From: Candidatus Micrarchaeota archaeon
GTDB taxonomy: Archaea > Micrarchaeota > Micrarchaeia > Anstonellales > Bilamarchaeaceae
DNA length: 64,000 nt
Assembly (NCBI GenBank): GCA_043812915.1
Contig: JBDRLQ010000007.1
Span: 1-64,000, forward strand
Direction: 5' to 3'
The notes under the pieces were generated by a model that worked only from the letters and a program-made list of their open reading frames with translations, had not been told where the DNA came from and did not search any database. Made by a program: the position numbers and the translations under genes. Below, piece after piece: positions 16,542 to 25,921 of the stretch (within the stretch, counting starts at the first letter, position 1; each line of letters opens with the position of its first letter).

Positions 16542-18584
16542 TCAACCACCTGCGGTTGTTTCCGCGAAGCCGAGGTATTCCATCCTGAAATCAAAGGTTC
16601 TCATGCTCTCGAAGCCGTCCTCGTCAGAGACTTTTATTATGAATGCATCATCCCTCTCCAGCGTCTGCGCGGCGAGAATCCTCTGCTGATTCGCCTTTGC
16701 CTTGAGGGCGGCCTGCGCGGAGCCAAGGACAAAGTCCGCTACGATGTCCTCCGCAGCCGCTGTCAGGAAGCCGACGACTGGTATTTCCTTTGGAAGGAAA
16801 GTCACTATACCTATTGTCAGCTTGACCCCTTCTACTGTTAGGTCCAGGGATCGGTAAACCGTCTCGCCTGTGCTCTGCGATTGGGATATGTCGCTGATTC
16901 CCTGGATTATGTTCCCCGTGCTCTGGGTCACTTCATAAGTGCTTTTCACAAGAACGACGACCGGCACCGCGTTGGTCGCAAACTTTGATGGCATTTCGAC
17001 CGCCTTCTTCACAAGGTGTGTCTTCACAACGCTGTAGACGCCGTTTATGGCCGCCCCCTTGCCGACCCCCATCATCTCCCTGGCGAAAACGATTTCGTTC
17101 TTGTTAAGGCCCCGCGCGGGGGACATCCACTGGACGGTCTCCATGTTCTTTTCAGACGCGAAGCTATACTCCCGCTCCCTGTCGTAGACGACGTGGCTGT
17201 GCCCGGGTTCGAACTCCCCCCCGAAATTGGTGATTGTGTATACCCATGCCTTTGAGCCGTCGGGATCCTGGATATTAATGCGGATATTGTGCATAAGGTA
17301 GGCCTGGGCCGGATCAGGCTCAATGCTGACAGAAGTTATCACCGGGGCCGGCGAGCGCATCTCAAGCTCCCCGCTCCCGAAAGCGGTCCAGTCGTCTCGC
17401 TCGTCATGCTTGGAAACCTGGGCACTAACCTCAAGGCCGTACGGAAGGCTCTCCCAATCGGTCCTGTAAATTGAATTTAATGACGGGAAGGAAAGGGTGG
17501 CCTGCACTATGCCGAACTCGTCGGTGTATTTGTATGCGTCCCTGAAGCCCCATATCCCCAGCACCCCGCTGTTCTTCGGGTCATTGACGCGCAGATATAC
17601 TCTCGCCCCCTTTACAGGGTCTCCGGTGGAATTTAGGACTGTCACGAATATCTCAGCGCTGTCCCTTCCATTGAGGAACACGGATGGCTTGCTGAACGAA
17701 ACGGAAACTATTGGCGGCTCAAGGTTCTTCTCTATCGCTATGCACTGGCCTGATGAGGTATCGCATCCATTGTAGCAATAGTAAGCTCCGGTGTAGGCGC
17801 ATCGGCCTTCTGAAGGCTCGCAATGCCCCCCGTAATTGCTGTAATCCCCAGCGCAGGCGAATTCCGGGCAGATAACTCCATCGCACCCCCTTTCCGGGAC
17901 CACCCCGCTGTATCCGCAGCTAGTTTCCATGCAGGAGAGATAGGTGCTGTCGCATCCCGAGTGGCAGCCGCCGTTCCCTTCTCCGCATGACTGGTAGCAG
18001 GAGAGGTGCGGGCGGACGCAGATCTGCTGGCATTCCGGCAGCTCCGATATGTCGATTTCAGGCGGCTCTGGCCCCTGCGGAATATCATCGTCCGGGAAAG
18101 AGTTTCTGCACATATAGTCGCAGCTTCCAATATATGCGGCACATGGGTCATTATCGGTTGTGCAGCGGGAGATGCAGTCCTGCAGGCTTGAATATGCAGG
18201 GCAGGCGCTATCGCCTGCGGCATCGCCATCATCAACCTTTGAGCAGACCGAGCAGAATTCCCCGCGCGGGCAGTTCGTAATTAGCGTCTCCTCGTTAGTG
18301 AAGCATCCATATCCTGCCGGGCAGTCCGAGTCGCTTCTGCACTCGGCGTATGAGCCTTCGCCCTCTCCCTCGAAGGGGCAATAGCATTCGCACGGCTCTC
18401 CCTGCGGGCAGGAGCATGCCAGATAGCCATGGGATGCTTCATCCCACACGCCCTCGCAGTCCGTGGTGCATGGGATTCCCCCTGTCCCTCCGCAGAGGAA
18501 GCAGTCCGAAGCTCCTGCTGGGCACCCATCTGCGAATGAGGCCTGAAGGAGGAAGAGGAGCATGAGCAGCGCCGCGTTTCTCAT
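16542..18584 (-). CDS. Large secreted Cys-rich protein with Ig-like domains and a hydrophobic helical insert
   Basis: Signal peptide MRNAALL..ASFA; Cys-rich N-terminal half; invasin/Big-like V.V....GDPV.GA.V..TD..G domain. Confidence 0.8.
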   Translation of the reverse strand: MRNAALLMLLFLLQASFADGCPAGASDCFLCGGTGGIPCTTDCEGVWDEASHGYLACSCPQGEPCECYCPFEGEGEGSYAECRSDSDCPAGYGCFTNEETLITNCPRGEFCSVCSKVDDGDAAGDSACPAYSSLQDCISRCTTDNDPCAAYIGSCDYMCRNSFPDDDIPQGPEPPEIDISELPECQQICVRPHLSCYQSCGEGNGGCHSGCDSTYLSCMETSCGYSGVVPERGCDGVICPEFACAGDYSNYGGHCEPSEGRCAYTGAYYCYNGCDTSSGQCIAIEKNLEPPIVSVSFSKPSVFLNGRDSAEIFVTVLNSTGDPVKGARVYLRVNDPKNSGVLGIWGFRDAYKYTDEFGIVQATLSFPSLNSIYRTDWESLPYGLEVSAQVSKHDERDDWTAFGSGELEMRSPAPVITSVSIEPDPAQAYLMHNIRINIQDPDGSKAWVYTITNFGGEFEPGHSHVVYDREREYSFASEKNMETVQWMSPARGLNKNEIVFAREMMGVGKGAAINGVYSVVKTHLVKKAVEMPSKFATNAVPVVVLVKSTYEVTQSTGNIIQGISDISQSQSTGETVYRSLDLTVEGVKLTIGIVTFLPKEIPVVGFLTAAAEDIVADFVLGSAQAALKAKANQQRILAAQTLERDDAFIIKVSDEDGFESMRTFDFRMEYLGFAETTAGG

Positions 18585-18637
18585 GCTTTTGCTAATCCAG
18601 GAAAGTAATATATCCTTTTTCCTGGCAAGAGAGGATG

Positions 18638-18958
18638 ATGAATCCCACCCCATTTGAGAAGAAAGTATATGCCGCCTGCTCCAGGATAAGGAAAGGCAGG
18701 GTATCCACTTACGCGGAAATCGCCAAGGCAATCGGCAATCCAAAGGCGCCCAGGGCCGTTGGAAACGCCCTGAACCGAAATCCCTACAAAACAGTGCCCT
18801 GCCATCGGGTTGTCCGCAGCGACGGAAGAATAGGCGGATTCGCAAGGGGAACCGGGAACAAGGAGAAGATGCTCCGCTCTGAAGGCGTGGGGATAATGAA
18901 AGGGATGATAAGCGGTTTTGGCAGGGCATTCCAGCCGCTTCAGAAGCCTCTGGGCTGA
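18638..18958 (+). CDS. ogt: Methylated-DNA-protein-cysteine methyltransferase (MGMT)
   Basis: TYAEIA, RAVGNAL, VPCHRVV active site, LRSEG. Confidence 0.93.
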   Translation: MNPTPFEKKVYAACSRIRKGRVSTYAEIAKAIGNPKAPRAVGNALNRNPYKTVPCHRVVRSDGRIGGFARGTGNKEKMLRSEGVGIMKGMISGFGRAFQPLQKPLG

Positions 18959-19019
18959 TGCAGTTTTTTATGCTTTTTCTAATTAATATCTCCAAGATGC
19001 CAATGAGCAGGTGTTCTAC

Positions 19020-19511
19020 ATGAAAAAAGAAACTCCGTATATGAAATCTGAAACAGGATGCTGCCCGAAGTTCGACCCAAAGCCTTGGGATGAAAAGGAA
19101 TTCGACTGGAAGGACAAGCTTTTTGTTAAGGACAGGGTGACTAGCATATTCCACATCCCGCTCAACTTCGGGAGCGTAATCAAAAGGAACATGGAGAAGA
19201 TGGAGAAGGCAGATGCCCTGGCCCCGGAATGGCTTCTTCTTTCTGATGAGAATTCCCTATGGGGCGCGGACGTCTACTTCGCTGTTACTACCAAGGTCCC
19301 TGGATGCGAGAATGTGAAATTTTCAGGGACATTCCTCTCAAAGGTCTTTGAGGGCGATTATAAGGACACGGGCAAGTGGGCCGAGCAGATGAAAGGTTAT
19401 GTGAAAGCAGATGGCAGGAAGCTCAAGAAGATGTACTTCTACTACACCACATGCCCCAAATGCGCCAAGCACTATGGCAAGAACTACGTTGTCATACTCG
19501 CGAAAGTCTAG
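19020..19511 (+). CDS. Conserved hypothetical protein (CCP..D..WD / YYTTCPKCAK.YG.NYVV family, GyrI-like)
   Basis: CCPKFDPKPWD, FLSKVFEG.Y, YYTTCPKCAKHYGKNYVV. Confidence 0.85.
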   Translation: MKKETPYMKSETGCCPKFDPKPWDEKEFDWKDKLFVKDRVTSIFHIPLNFGSVIKRNMEKMEKADALAPEWLLLSDENSLWGADVYFAVTTKVPGCENVKFSGTFLSKVFEGDYKDTGKWAEQMKGYVKADGRKLKKMYFYYTTCPKCAKHYGKNYVVILAKV

Positions 19512-19554
19512 CCATGGCATAATAAATATAAACAATTCCTCCTAAGTCCATCTC

Positions 19555-20130
19555 ATGTCATCCAAACTGATTCCCATATTGCTGCTGGTGCTGCTCCCAT
19601 CAGTTTCCTTTGCCGGGGGAACATGCGCCTACGAGGCCTTCACAAAAGCCTGCAATAACTGCCCATTCGATGCCCTAGGAAAGATAGATGAGAAGTGCTT
19701 CAAAGGATACGAGTCCCAGGGCACCACGTGCCTGGCAACGACCTATCCTGGGATGAGCCTCTCATATACTTTTGGCAACTGTCCGCAGATGGATGAGTGT
19801 GTGCAGAGGCTCAGCTCATGCAAGGAGGCGCACAAGAGCGGCTCCGATGCAAGGGACTGCAACAATCAGGAGATGATTGAGTGCTTCAGGATGGGGGACC
19901 GCTGCGCTGATGCGGCGAATGATGTCTGCAGCGGGGGGAAGACTGAAGGGGAGGCCGGATTCGATAACGCTTCAGCAGGAGGCGATGAGCCCCCACCGGC
20001 ACCACCTCCAGAGCAGCCGCCACAATATCCTCCCAAACCAGTGGGGGAGGCTCCAATGTGGGACTTCCTATGCGATATTTGGTTTATCCTGCCTATGCTG
20101 GCAGTGCTGGCATTCATAAGAAGGGAGTAA
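19555..20130 (+). CDS. Secreted Cys-rich protein with Pro linker and C-terminal membrane anchor
   Basis: Signal peptide, Cys-rich domain, PPPAPPPEQPP linker, LCDIWFILPMLAVLAFIRRE tail. Confidence 0.8.
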   Translation: MSSKLIPILLLVLLPSVSFAGGTCAYEAFTKACNNCPFDALGKIDEKCFKGYESQGTTCLATTYPGMSLSYTFGNCPQMDECVQRLSSCKEAHKSGSDARDCNNQEMIECFRMGDRCADAANDVCSGGKTEGEAGFDNASAGGDEPPPAPPPEQPPQYPPKPVGEAPMWDFLCDIWFILPMLAVLAFIRRE

Positions 20131-20184
20131 TGCCCTAATAAAAGAAAGGGGACTGGCCCCACCATTCTCTTTTTCTGGAAAAAA

Positions 20185-21423
20185 CTATTCATACTTCAGA
20201 GCCTCAACCGGTGATATCCTTGCCGCATTCCTTGCCGGGGCAACTCCCGCGATTATGCCTACTGCCACGGAAAAGACCAGGCCAAGGGCAACGAGGTCGA
20301 ACGTTATCAATGTTGGTATGTCCAGGCTACTGAGCAGCGCCGATGCCAGCAAGCTCAGCACTATCCCGAGTGCCCCTCCAATCAGGCCGAGCATGCCCGC
20401 TTCAATCAGGAAGAGTGCGACTATATGCCTGTCCTTGGCTCCGAGGGCCTTGAAGACACCTATTGTCTTCGTCTGCTCCAGGACGCTCATGAACATGGTA
20501 TTCAGGACTCCGATGCCACCTACTATCAGGGATATGGAGGCTATCCCGCCTAGGAAAAGGCCCAGGGTATCCGATATTGAGGATACTGCGGACTGGACCG
20601 ATGCTGCGGTTGTCACCGAGAAATCCGGCTCCCCGTTCTCAAGGTTGTGCAGCGAGAGGAGCTCCTCCTCAAGGTCTGCTGCGACTTCGTCAACATCATG
20701 GCCTTCCCGCACATAGACTATGGCCTGCCCGACCTCATCATCACTCCCGAAGATCTCTCTTGCCGTCTTCTGAGGTATGTAGATGTTGCTGTCCGAGCCG
20801 CCCATCCCACCGCTCTCCTCAAGGATTCCAACGACCCTGAAGGCAAGGCCGTCAATCTCTATCTGCTTGTTGAGCATATCCTCGTCGTCCTGAAAAACCC
20901 TATGGGCAACTGCATGGCCGACAACGGCTGAATACCTATCATTGATGCTAAGATATCTCCCGTCCTCCAGCTCCGACCCGATTATGTCCGCAAAGGAATC
21001 TGGCTCGGTCCCGATTACGGTGAGGCTGGTATTCTCGCTCATGAAGGAGATGTCCATGCGTTCCTGCACCTGCGCATCGAGCTTGTATACCCCCGGCATC
21101 GTGCGGAGAATGTCTGCTTCCCGGAATGTTATTATTTCGTCCCCTTCCTCCTCTTTCCCAGAGCCGCCGGGGGGCCTGCCGCCCATCATCATGCCGGCTC
21201 CAGGCATGCGTGCCGCCCGCTCCGAGCCTGGGCTGATTGTAATTAAATTCGAGCCAAGCGAGCTCGTCTGCGCAGTAATCTGGGCCTGCATGCCGAGGCT
21301 GATGGATATGAGGGAAATGATTGCCGCAACTCCAATCACAATGCCAAGTATGGTCAGCCAGCTGCGTAGCTTCTGGTGCCTGATGTTGGTCAGGGCGATA
21401 TCCAGCATATCCTCTGTCTTCAT
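20185..21423 (-). CDS. MacB/FtsX-type ABC transporter permease
   Basis: RSWLTILGIVIGVAA, ISLIVGGIGVLNTM, IGVFKALGA, PVEALKYE. Confidence 0.93.
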   Translation of the reverse strand: MKTEDMLDIALTNIRHQKLRSWLTILGIVIGVAAIISLISISLGMQAQITAQTSSLGSNLITISPGSERAARMPGAGMMMGGRPPGGSGKEEEGDEIITFREADILRTMPGVYKLDAQVQERMDISFMSENTSLTVIGTEPDSFADIIGSELEDGRYLSINDRYSAVVGHAVAHRVFQDDEDMLNKQIEIDGLAFRVVGILEESGGMGGSDSNIYIPQKTAREIFGSDDEVGQAIVYVREGHDVDEVAADLEEELLSLHNLENGEPDFSVTTAASVQSAVSSISDTLGLFLGGIASISLIVGGIGVLNTMFMSVLEQTKTIGVFKALGAKDRHIVALFLIEAGMLGLIGGALGIVLSLLASALLSSLDIPTLITFDLVALGLVFSVAVGIIAGVAPARNAARISPVEALKYE

Positions 21424-22928
21424 TCCGCTCCCTTCCTCTGTTTCCACTTCCGGTATCCGAAATAAAGAACTGCCAGCAGGGCAATCCCACCCAGGATGAA
21501 AATCGGGCTGAATCCGCCCCCTCCTGGCCTGGCGCCCCGCTCGGCCATGGCCTCTGATTCGGAAAGCACCATAATCCCATCAGAGCCGACAGAAACAAGC
21601 CGGCTTATCGTGTGCTTTTCATTATCATTGTCCTTGAACTCTATCGTTATCGGGAGTTCGCCCTGGCCCTGCACGCTCACCTGGAATGTGGCAAAATCAT
21701 CCACATTGAGGGTGCCGATGAATTTCTCATCCTCTCCAGATATCCTGAGCGATTCTGTGGATTCTGCATAAACATATACCGCCCTTATCGGTGTGTTCCC
21801 TGAATTTGCTATCCGTATCGTCGCCTCCGTCCCTCCAGTATCAGAGCTTGAGGTCTCGGTAGTCAGCACAATCTCCGGAGTCGCCTCAACGACTATCCCG
21901 CTGTCATATTCGATATCCTCGCCATTTGTCTTGAGGGTCATTGGCAGTATATAGTATCCTGAAGATGACCCGGCATCAATGCCAAGGCGTATGGTCTCGG
22001 ACCTTTCCTCTCCGGGCATTATCGAATCGAAGTAGAGCATGTTCGAGCCTATAGGGGTGAATATATCGTTATCGTCTATTATGAGAGTTGCGGACTGCGT
22101 GCTGCTCCCCCGGTTCTCGATGGTTATCTCATATATAAGCTCGGAACCTATCTCGCTTCCTGATTTGGCCTGCCCAAATACTCTGAAGAGGGATGAGGAA
22201 TCCATCACAAGGACCGGTCCTACACCCACCGTCTCAGATATCTCGTTCTGCAGGGCATCGTTGAACGTGACTTTCAGGGGGATTGTGTATTTGCCCTCAT
22301 CGGCTGATGAAGATGCGACCACGCTTACGGTTACATTCGCGCTTGAACCGCTGGCAACGCTTCCGACCCTCTGGCTTGTTGTGCCAACCAGGCTGAAGGC
22401 CGAACCATCAGGCGAGCTTATCACCACATTGTTCATAACTCCCCCGGTATTCATAATTTCAAGCTCAACGTCCAGGGTCTCCCCCTTCCTGATGGTATCC
22501 TTACTCATGCCCAGGGTGTCAATCTCAAGAATCTGGTGCTGGCTAACTGAAATGGGGATTGATGCCTTTGATGTCTTTAGCGAAGTCCCGTCCTCCCCGT
22601 TGTAGTATATCGTTAGCTCAAGCAGCATTATCCCCGTATCGGTCTTCTCGGGCACCTTGAAGGGTATGGAGGTTATTGCCTCCGAGTTGGCCCCTACATC
22701 CCCGAGGAATATGCTCCATCGATCGCCCGGGCTGTAGTCGTAGTAGATGCTGGCTCCGGTCGCCGTCTCGCTCCCGCTGTTATGGACCGTCACCCGGAGC
22801 TGGCCTTCTGTTGAAGGGTATACACTTTCAGGGTAAACGTCAAAATCGCCAATCTGGAGGACCGGCCCCGCACAGCTCGCGATATTAGCAAGCAGCAAAA
22901 TCGAGAAAATCCAGTATGTTCTGTTCAT
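21420..22928 (-). CDS. COG1361 S-layer-family Ig-repeat protein
   Basis: Signal peptide, repeated V.N.G / G.L domains, C-terminal TM plus basic tail. Confidence 0.85.
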   Translation of the reverse strand: MNRTYWIFSILLLANIASCAGPVLQIGDFDVYPESVYPSTEGQLRVTVHNSGSETATGASIYYDYSPGDRWSIFLGDVGANSEAITSIPFKVPEKTDTGIMLLELTIYYNGEDGTSLKTSKASIPISVSQHQILEIDTLGMSKDTIRKGETLDVELEIMNTGGVMNNVVISSPDGSAFSLVGTTSQRVGSVASGSSANVTVSVVASSSADEGKYTIPLKVTFNDALQNEISETVGVGPVLVMDSSSLFRVFGQAKSGSEIGSELIYEITIENRGSSTQSATLIIDDNDIFTPIGSNMLYFDSIMPGEERSETIRLGIDAGSSSGYYILPMTLKTNGEDIEYDSGIVVEATPEIVLTTETSSSDTGGTEATIRIANSGNTPIRAVYVYAESTESLRISGEDEKFIGTLNVDDFATFQVSVQGQGELPITIEFKDNDNEKHTISRLVSVGSDGIMVLSESEAMAERGARPGGGGFSPIFILGGIALLAVLYFGYRKWKQRKGAE

Positions 22929-22932
22929 AGTA

Positions 22933-23676
22933 TCACTTCTTTATCTTGATGTCGGCATCCTCATGGGGCACGTCTCCCCCTTTCCGCGGTATGTCCTTCT
23001 CCACCCTGCCATCGCGTATATGCACCGTACGATTCGCGTACGATGCAACGACTGGCTCATGCGTCACTATGACGACCGTCAGCCCCTTCTTCCACAGGCT
23101 GTGGAGGGTTTTCATGACCTCCTTGCCCGAGACCGAGTCCAGGTTTCCTGTCGGCTCGTCAGCAAGTATTATCTCAGGGCTGTTGGCAAGGGCCCTTGCG
23201 ATTGCGGCCCTTTGCCTTTCCCCCCCGCTAAGCTGCGAGGGAAGGTTCCCTGCCTTTGCAGCCATGCCAACCGCCTCAAGCAGTTCGCCCGCCTTCCTGC
23301 GGCGCTCGCCCTTGGGCTTCCCGTCAATTACCATGGGCAGCTCGACATTCCTGAAAACGCTGAGGGTGGGTGCAAGGTTGAATGACTGGAAGACGAATCC
23401 GATTTTCCGGTTCCGCACTTCCGCGAGCCCGTCATTGTTGAGGCTGAGCATGGATTTGCCCTCCACGAAAGCGTCCCCTGAAGTCGGCTTGTCAAGAAAT
23501 CCGAGGAAGTGCAGGAGGGTGCTCTTTCCGCTTCCGGATGGACCCATAATCGACATGAACTCCCCCCTGCAAATTTTCAGGCTGACCTTGTCGAGGGCGC
23601 GGAAGGTGGACTTGCCGATTTTGTATTCCTTGGTCACTTCCTGCAATTCCAAAACTGGTCCGCTCTTGCACTCCAT
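22933..23676 (-). CDS. LolD/MacB-type ABC ATP-binding protein
   Basis: GPSGSGKST, GFVFQSFNL, LSGGERQR, LADEPTGNLD. Confidence 0.95.
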   Translation of the reverse strand: MECKSGPVLELQEVTKEYKIGKSTFRALDKVSLKICRGEFMSIMGPSGSGKSTLLHFLGFLDKPTSGDAFVEGKSMLSLNNDGLAEVRNRKIGFVFQSFNLAPTLSVFRNVELPMVIDGKPKGERRRKAGELLEAVGMAAKAGNLPSQLSGGERQRAAIARALANSPEIILADEPTGNLDSVSGKEVMKTLHSLWKKGLTVVIVTHEPVVASYANRTVHIRDGRVEKDIPRKGGDVPHEDADIKIKK

Positions 23677-23758
23677 CAGGCCAACACCAAAGGCTTGGGG
23701 CGGGCCTGACGTATATATTGCTTTGCCGAAATATCACCCAAATTATCCCGCAATCGGC

Positions 23759-24193
23759 CTATTTTGAGCTGACCCAGACCAGTATGGCAAGAGAGATGCT
23801 GGCAAAAAAGTAGGGCACAAGGGTAAATAGCCCCCCGCTTCCGTAGATGCCCAGGAACTTGTGGAGGAGGGGGTTGGCGGCAACCGCAAACAGCATGAAA
23901 GAGAATATTGCAAGCAGCAGGCCAAGAGTGAATCTACTCCTTAGCATCAGGTAATCTCTCATGTATGTGAAGAGCAGGAAGACTGAGAGGGCCAGCATGA
24001 AAAACGAGAGGGCCGTGTGGGCGATGAAAATCTGCAGCATGGCATCCCCGAATTCTGGGCCGGGGCCAAGCTGCCTAAATGGCATGAGCAGGTTAGCCAC
24101 CAGGAAAATCCCGACCGAAAGGAGCAGGGCAAGGGCCGTTCCAACTATCGCCTTAAGGGTGAAATCATCCTTTTTTCCTTTTTCCATCATCAT
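23759..24193 (-). CDS. Membrane protein coupled to wHTH regulator
   Basis: Four TM segments, Y...Y....SRFTLGLL motif; overlaps the upstream gene. Confidence 0.8.
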   Translation of the reverse strand: MMMEKGKKDDFTLKAIVGTALALLLSVGIFLVANLLMPFRQLGPGPEFGDAMLQIFIAHTALSFFMLALSVFLLFTYMRDYLMLRSRFTLGLLLAIFSFMLFAVAANPLLHKFLGIYGSGGLFTLVPYFFASISLAILVWVSSK

Positions 24194-24467
24194 TACCTCG
24201 CATAAGTTCTATTAAATACTCATTGTCTTCCCACTCCGGGCTGATGAAATAGACCGAGCCGTATTTTTTTCTCGGCGTCTCCAGGACATGGTTTTCCATG
24301 AGCAGCTCTACATGCCCCTGGACAGTCTTGTAATCGAGCTTCGTGGCAAGCGCCAGCTGCCGCATGTTCATGGGCTTCCTGCAGAGTACTCCCAGAATCC
24401 TCACTCTTGTCGGCCCCCCTCTTGATGCGCTAAGCAGCCAATAGAGCAGGCGGGTTTTCGAATCCAT
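24165..24467 (-). CDS. ArsR-like winged-helix transcription regulator
   Basis: LLYWLL..SRGG.TR..IL, LDYKTVQGH, KYGSVYF. Confidence 0.9.
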   Translation of the reverse strand: MDSKTRLLYWLLSASRGGPTRVRILGVLCRKPMNMRQLALATKLDYKTVQGHVELLMENHVLETPRKKYGSVYFISPEWEDNEYLIELMRGNDDGKRKKG

Positions 24468-24549
24468 CTGGAATCAACATTGGGCTAATCTGATATTAAT
24501 CTTGCGGTTTGGGGCTGCGACTCATGGCGCCCGTGCGCTGAAATGGCCT

Positions 24550-25920
24550 CTATCCGACCTTCCAGGCATGCACTATGCTATTGCCGTCTGCATCCGCTAG
24601 CCGCTCGAATATATAGAGCAGGCCGTTCTCCTGGTCATATGCCGCGGCTCCAAGAGAATACATCTTGTCCATCTCATAGTCATAGCCAGGCTCGAAGAGC
24701 ACGTTGTCGATGCTCATCACGGCGTAGGGCTGCGGCTCCCACGTTTCCATCTCTCCCCTTGCCACGGATGCCAGGCCGGCAGGGTCGAAGAACAGAATCT
24801 GCGCCTGTATGCTCTCGGACCACCATCCCCTCCCGTCATGCGGCCAGTCCGGAACTTCCGGATACGCCTCTCCTGGGTCGCCGGATGTCGGCCAGACAAC
24901 TCCATTGGAAAATCCATACCAGGTATTGCCCATGCCCTTTGTGCCGACGAGAATCATCGCGGATTTCTCACCGGAAGTCAGCCACGCGCCTCCGGACCAT
25001 TCATCAGATTCAGCGAATCTGTCCATCGCCTGTGACTCATCACTTACAATCACAAGGCTGTCGACTCCTTCTTCTCCATAAAGGAGAAGCGGGGTGACCT
25101 GCTCAAGGGTGCTTCCAGGCTCCGGAGGATTGCCCTCGTTATACGGGCCAATCGCATAAAGCGCCGGCCCTCTTCCTGACCACAGGCCGTCGCGGAACCT
25201 TCCGGTCGCGAGCCTCAGTCCCGGCGTGTTCGCAGAAGCCCATTCCTGTGGAATTTCGAACATGTAATCATTTGTGGTGTAGCTGCTCCAGCCATCCACA
25301 TACCACGGGCCAGCGGTCCGCGGGTTCGACAAATCAAGCTCGCTCCACCCATGCGTAGGGTTGTTTTCCCCCTCAAGGTGCTGGCCCCAGGAGAAGTAGA
25401 GCTTTCCTGAATCCTGGCCATCCTGGGCAGGGAGGTATTGCAGCCCTGCCCGCGGAATCTCAAGCTCCCCGAACATGCCGCCGGTAATGTCGGCAAACGG
25501 CTGCAGCGTCTCCGCGGTATTCAGCTCTTCGATATTATCAGAAATAACTGGGACAGGAATGCTTATCTCTGAGACCATCTGGTGGTGGTCATGGCCGACA
25601 GCAAAAATGGAACCCGGGAATCCGTCATCAGCGCCGGCAGCGTCCCCATCAGGATAATATGTGGCGGCATATCCGCTCCAGAGCCAGTTCGAGCCGCCGG
25701 ACTCTCCGGGGAGCCTGAATGCCCCGAGATAAACCAAATCAGACGGGGCAATTAATTCTCCGGGTATATATTCCGGAAGCCCGGGAGCTTCAATCGAAGT
25801 GCCCTGCCCTGGCGGCTCTCCTCCTGGTGGCGCCTCAGCCTGCGGCCCTTCTCCAGGGGCGGACGGCGTGATGCATCCAAAAAGCAAAATCCCAATAACA
25901 AGCAATACCATCAGTCTCAT
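24550..25920 (-). CDS. Acidic lipoprotein, probable beta-propeller, unknown function
   Basis: LLFGC lipobox, Pro-rich linker, DLVYLGAFRLP start of a beta-rich domain. Confidence 0.8.
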   Translation of the reverse strand: MRLMVLLVIGILLFGCITPSAPGEGPQAEAPPGGEPPGQGTSIEAPGLPEYIPGELIAPSDLVYLGAFRLPGESGGSNWLWSGYAATYYPDGDAAGADDGFPGSIFAVGHDHHQMVSEISIPVPVISDNIEELNTAETLQPFADITGGMFGELEIPRAGLQYLPAQDGQDSGKLYFSWGQHLEGENNPTHGWSELDLSNPRTAGPWYVDGWSSYTTNDYMFEIPQEWASANTPGLRLATGRFRDGLWSGRGPALYAIGPYNEGNPPEPGSTLEQVTPLLLYGEEGVDSLVIVSDESQAMDRFAESDEWSGGAWLTSGEKSAMILVGTKGMGNTWYGFSNGVVWPTSGDPGEAYPEVPDWPHDGRGWWSESIQAQILFFDPAGLASVARGEMETWEPQPYAVMSIDNVLFEPGYDYEMDKMYSLGAAAYDQENGLLYIFERLADADGNSIVHAWKVG

Positions 25921-25921
25921 A

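Noticed and set aside
18585..19154. N-terminal extension of the 870-aa ORF
   Set aside because: Antisense overlap with ogt and the next gene; the signal peptide starts at 18584
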